This document shows, in pieces, positions 32,114 to 34,880 of a stretch of 34,880 nucleotides of DNA. The translations under genes were made by a program, and so were the position numbers. The notes below the pieces were generated by a model that was not told the DNA's origin, made no database searches, and saw only the letters and a program-made list of their open reading frames with translations. The DNA comes from an uncultured Granulosicoccaceae bacterium. GTDB taxonomy: Bacteria; Pseudomonadota; Gammaproteobacteria; Granulosicoccales; Granulosicoccaceae. How positions within the stretch are numbered: position 1 is the stretch's first letter; every line of letters begins with the position of its first letter. The DNA is taken from contig CAYPDN010000005.1 of assembly GCA_964409445.1 (NCBI GenBank), forward strand, positions 1 to 34,880, read 5' to 3'.

Positions 32114-34880
32114 CTATGATACACCGGCCTTGTTGTACTTGATTAAAGTTCTGGCTCTTTGGGCAAGTAAATCGGTAAAATCGTCACCTTTAAGGATAGC
32201 GCGTTTTCCACTACCAATGCCGGTGGTGTAGTCCTTAACGAAAAACGGCACACTGTCATAGCGACGCACCACATCCCCTAAGGTATAAACGTGCTGCCAA
32301 CTGGCAATAATATCTGCAGCTAACTCACGATTTTCAACGATGGATTGATTATTCTGCAGTTTTATCTGCAGCGAGTTTAGTTCTACCATCGACCGGACCT
32401 TTCCTCCATACCGCCCTGTCTTTTTTAACGCTAACTGCTGACCGGCCACAGATTTAAATTCTGCATTCACTGCTGCAATATAGGGAGCGACAGATACTTT
32501 AGTTGCAGCGTGCACATTACTCACCCGGTGGCGGTGAATACCCGCCTCCGCGTTGAGGTAACCATAAGCGTAAGGGCCATCCACCTTTATTAGCACAGGG
32601 TCACTATCATCAAGTGGTTCGCAAAGCAGTGTTACCTCACGACTCATCTCACGACACCAGGCGAGATAAATCTCATATAATTCATCCCTCCCTAAACAGG
32701 AATCACCCACAGGCTCCAATAACACCAGCGCCTCGTGATTATACTCATCGCCAAAAACCAATAGCTCCAGTTCAGATCGTTCAATGTCCTTATCCAGCAA
32801 GTGTCCGGCAGTGTCAGCATAGGCTAACTGCTCTCGCGCCGGACTGTGCTCAATAGTTCGCACCAGATCTTCAACCCGGTTGCTCAGTCTTTCGAGACGA
32901 TTGAGTGTCTCGTTGATAGACTCTGCGCGCTTTAGCATATGCATTGCATTATCACGATTTTGCCAGAACTCACCAGTGTCTCTGCTTTGATCAATCTCTG
33001 CCAACTCTCGTCGCAAAGCTTTCACATCGATCGACTGTTCCAGTGATTCAATCCGCTCAGCACGTGTTGCAAAAGCATTCTGTAACTCTGCAATTCTGAC
33101 TATGCTGGTGGCTGCTTTCTCATTTATGAATTCGGGCCTGGGTTTACTTACATCACTGTCCGAAAACGACTTAACGATTGTTCTGCCATCGACACTTGAC
33201 AGGTTAACCAATGCGCCTGCCGGAACATGGTTCTCCATCAGGAATGCACCAATTGGCAACGCTAAGCGACGCTGCACTTCGCGCTTTAACGCCCGTGCAC
33301 CATATCTGTCTGAATAGCCGTATTGCACAATCGCGTCAACCACACTGTCATCTATGTCGATAATCAGATTTCTACTAACGATACCACTGCGCTTGATAAT
33401 CTTTTTTACCTCTCCCTGAGCAATCTGACGAACATGAGATTTATCAAGTGCGTGAAAAACCAAAACATGTTGAAATCGGTTTAAAAATTCTGGTCTGAAA
33501 TAGTTCTCCAATACGTGCAGCGGAACTGTGGAAGTTTCTTCCTGCGTGAATCCGGGAGTTGGTCGCGACATTTCACTCGCTCCCGCATTGGTAGTACATA
33601 TCACAATAGTATTGCGAAAATCGATGGTCTGGCCATCAGGTTGGGTCATGCGGCCTTCATCAAGCAGCTGCAACATTAAGTCATAAATGTTGCTGTGTCC
33701 TTTTTCTATCTCATCAAACAGTATTACCTGAAAAGGTTGTGCTCGAACCGGATCAATTAACAACGCAGACGAGTTCGCGCCACCCTGTCCGATCAGCTGT
33801 TGAAATGAGTTGTAGGTGGCGTACTCCGACATATCAAATCTGAGTAAGCGTTGCGCACTTCCATACAGATACTCCGCCAGCGCTTTTGAAAGTTCAGTCT
33901 TTCCAACACCGGTCGGGCCTGTAAACAGGAATGTACCAATTGGCTGATTCGGATCACGCAGTCCTGACTTAAACAAGGTTATTGACTCAACCACCGCTTC
34001 GATCGCCTGTGCCTGACCAAAAATTCGCTGTTGAAACCACTTGCGGATTGTGCCGGCGGACACAGTCATGTTGCGTGAAAAAACAAAAGCTGGTAACCCG
34101 GTATACATTGAGAATACTTTGTCTACGAAGACAGTATCGATCGGCTCAACTCGGTTGATCGCTGCTTTTTCCTGAGCGTAGCTCTGAACTCTTTCTATTA
34201 ACGCTAAGCGAGTACCGGGACCGGGATCCGGAGGCGTAAAGTTTTCAGTCAGTTCCTTGAGGTGTGGATGAAATTCATCATCAAAAGGATGATCGATATA
34301 AATCTCGGCTTTTTCAGTGACTATTTGATCCACCTGCTGTGGTGACAACGGCTCAAGCAGTATTCGGTGAAAAAGGTCAACAAAGCCCGGCACTCGCAGC
34401 ATGCGCTTATAACCTTCCGGAGTGACTTCACCCACAAGTACAACATCACCACTCTTCATCAACGGGCGCAGTATATCCAGACTACTGTGCTTGTCGTTTG
34501 AAGACTGCCCCATTCGTGCGAGGTTTGCTACATCAACAAAGTACAACACAGCATTTCGTTTCGCAGCGCTTTCAACATAGCCCATTAGCTTGGTGGGCCA
34601 TTCACCAAGATAACGTGTTCCCACCAGAATAGAAGAGGCCGATAGCTCCAGACATTGCTGACCAGACTCTTTAAGTGCAGCAGCTATACCCAGAATGGTA
34701 CTGGTTTTACCACTTCGGGCCGGACCAACCAGCAATACCGATTTACGCTGCTGGATAGCCGCAATGCCGTCTCGAATCTCTTTGTCGCGAAACCTGGGTA
34801 CAAGCGCACTGTCCCGCTTAACCATTTTAGTGAGGTTACGGCTATCCCGGGACAGATCATCTTCAATCTTTTTTGATCCT
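32114..34880 (-). CDS. Clp/Hsp100-like double AAA+ ATPase fused to a C-terminal class-I release-factor-like (PCRF + RF-1-like) module; 5' end probably outside the window
   Basis: D1: LLVGPARSGKT, with Walker B position LYFVDV. D2: FLFTGPTGVGKT, VILFDEIEK, ICTTN, PEFLNRF, YGARALKR. C-terminal ~320 aa are collinear with RF1/RF2: EFWQNRDNA, GDEYNHEALVLLEPVGDSCLGRDELYEIYLAWCRE, GPYAYGYLNAEAGIHRHRV, SVAGQQ (at the GGQ position), VRRYDSVPFFVKDYTTG. The frame is open from 34825 to 34880 (GSKKIEDDLSRDSRNLTK-M...). Confidence 0.85.
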   Translation of the reverse strand, partial: GSKKIEDDLSRDSRNLTKMVKRDSALVPRFRDKEIRDGIAAIQQRKSVLLVGPARSGKTSTILGIAAALKESGQQCLELSASSILVGTRYLGEWPTKLMGYVESAAKRNAVLYFVDVANLARMGQSSNDKHSSLDILRPLMKSGDVVLVGEVTPEGYKRMLRVPGFVDLFHRILLEPLSPQQVDQIVTEKAEIYIDHPFDDEFHPHLKELTENFTPPDPGPGTRLALIERVQSYAQEKAAINRVEPIDTVFVDKVFSMYTGLPAFVFSRNMTVSAGTIRKWFQQRIFGQAQAIEAVVESITLFKSGLRDPNQPIGTFLFTGPTGVGKTELSKALAEYLYGSAQRLLRFDMSEYATYNSFQQLIGQGGANSSALLIDPVRAQPFQVILFDEIEKGHSNIYDLMLQLLDEGRMTQPDGQTIDFRNTIVICTTNAGASEMSRPTPGFTQEETSTVPLHVLENYFRPEFLNRFQHVLVFHALDKSHVRQIAQGEVKKIIKRSGIVSRNLIIDIDDSVVDAIVQYGYSDRYGARALKREVQRRLALPIGAFLMENHVPAGALVNLSSVDGRTIVKSFSDSDVSKPRPEFINEKAATSIVRIAELQNAFATRAERIESLEQSIDVKALRRELAEIDQSRDTGEFWQNRDNAMHMLKRAESINETLNRLERLSNRVEDLVRTIEHSPAREQLAYADTAGHLLDKDIERSELELLVFGDEYNHEALVLLEPVGDSCLGRDELYEIYLAWCREMSREVTLLCEPLDDSDPVLIKVDGPYAYGYLNAEAGIHRHRVSNVHAATKVSVAPYIAAVNAEFKSVAGQQLALKKTGRYGGKVRSMVELNSLQIKLQNNQSIVENRELAADIIASWQHVYTLGDVVRRYDSVPFFVKDYTTGIGSGKRAILKGDDFTDLLAQRARTLIKYNKAGVS

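Noticed and set aside
1-34880. tRNA, rRNA, tmRNA, RNase P, 6S/SRP RNA, CRISPR arrays, integrases
   Set aside because: I scanned the intergenic regions by eye for hallmark strings (for example GAGGAAAGTCC for RNase P, the GGTTCGAxTCC T-loop, and direct repeats with spacers) and found none. A computational scan (tRNAscan-SE, cmscan) is still advisable.

Overview
This 34.9-kb chromosomal segment has gene content typical of a gammaproteobacterium, possibly marine (a weak inference). I support about 27 protein-coding genes and recognised no rRNA, tRNA, CRISPR array or transposase. Left third: the 5' end of a giant DUF4347-type adhesin-like gene, which runs off the left edge and is absent from the ORF track. 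It is followed by a sensory cluster of PAS-GGDEF-EAL, a CheB-CheR-PAS fusion, a stand-alone receiver, and a BLUF-GAF-PAS hybrid histidine kinase with intact photocycle residues. Middle: a beta-propeller-like lipoprotein, a CPA2/Kef-type antiporter, a TVP38 protein, and an AT-rich islet holding a DUF6471-like gene plus a DUF4258-like toxin / zinc-less MqsA-like HTH pair. Then come an MscS-family channel, an LPS-core-type glycosyltransferase cluster and the Prc tail-specific protease. Right third: a divergent HTTM / DCC (CxxC) pair and a partial homoprotocatechuate meta-cleavage operon (hpaE-hpaD-FAH). Next is a 245-bp element bounded by perfect 22-bp inverted repeats, then a PPP phosphatase whose GDxHG motif lies upstream of its first ATG (probable ATT start). 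The best candidate for an undescribed system is a Clp/Hsp100-like two-ring AAA+ ATPase fused at its C-terminus to a complete class-I release-factor-like module. That module has degenerate motifs (GGQ -> GQQ, decoding tripeptide loop missing), and its reading frame is still open at the right window edge. All family assignments come from motif recognition by eye; no database search was run.
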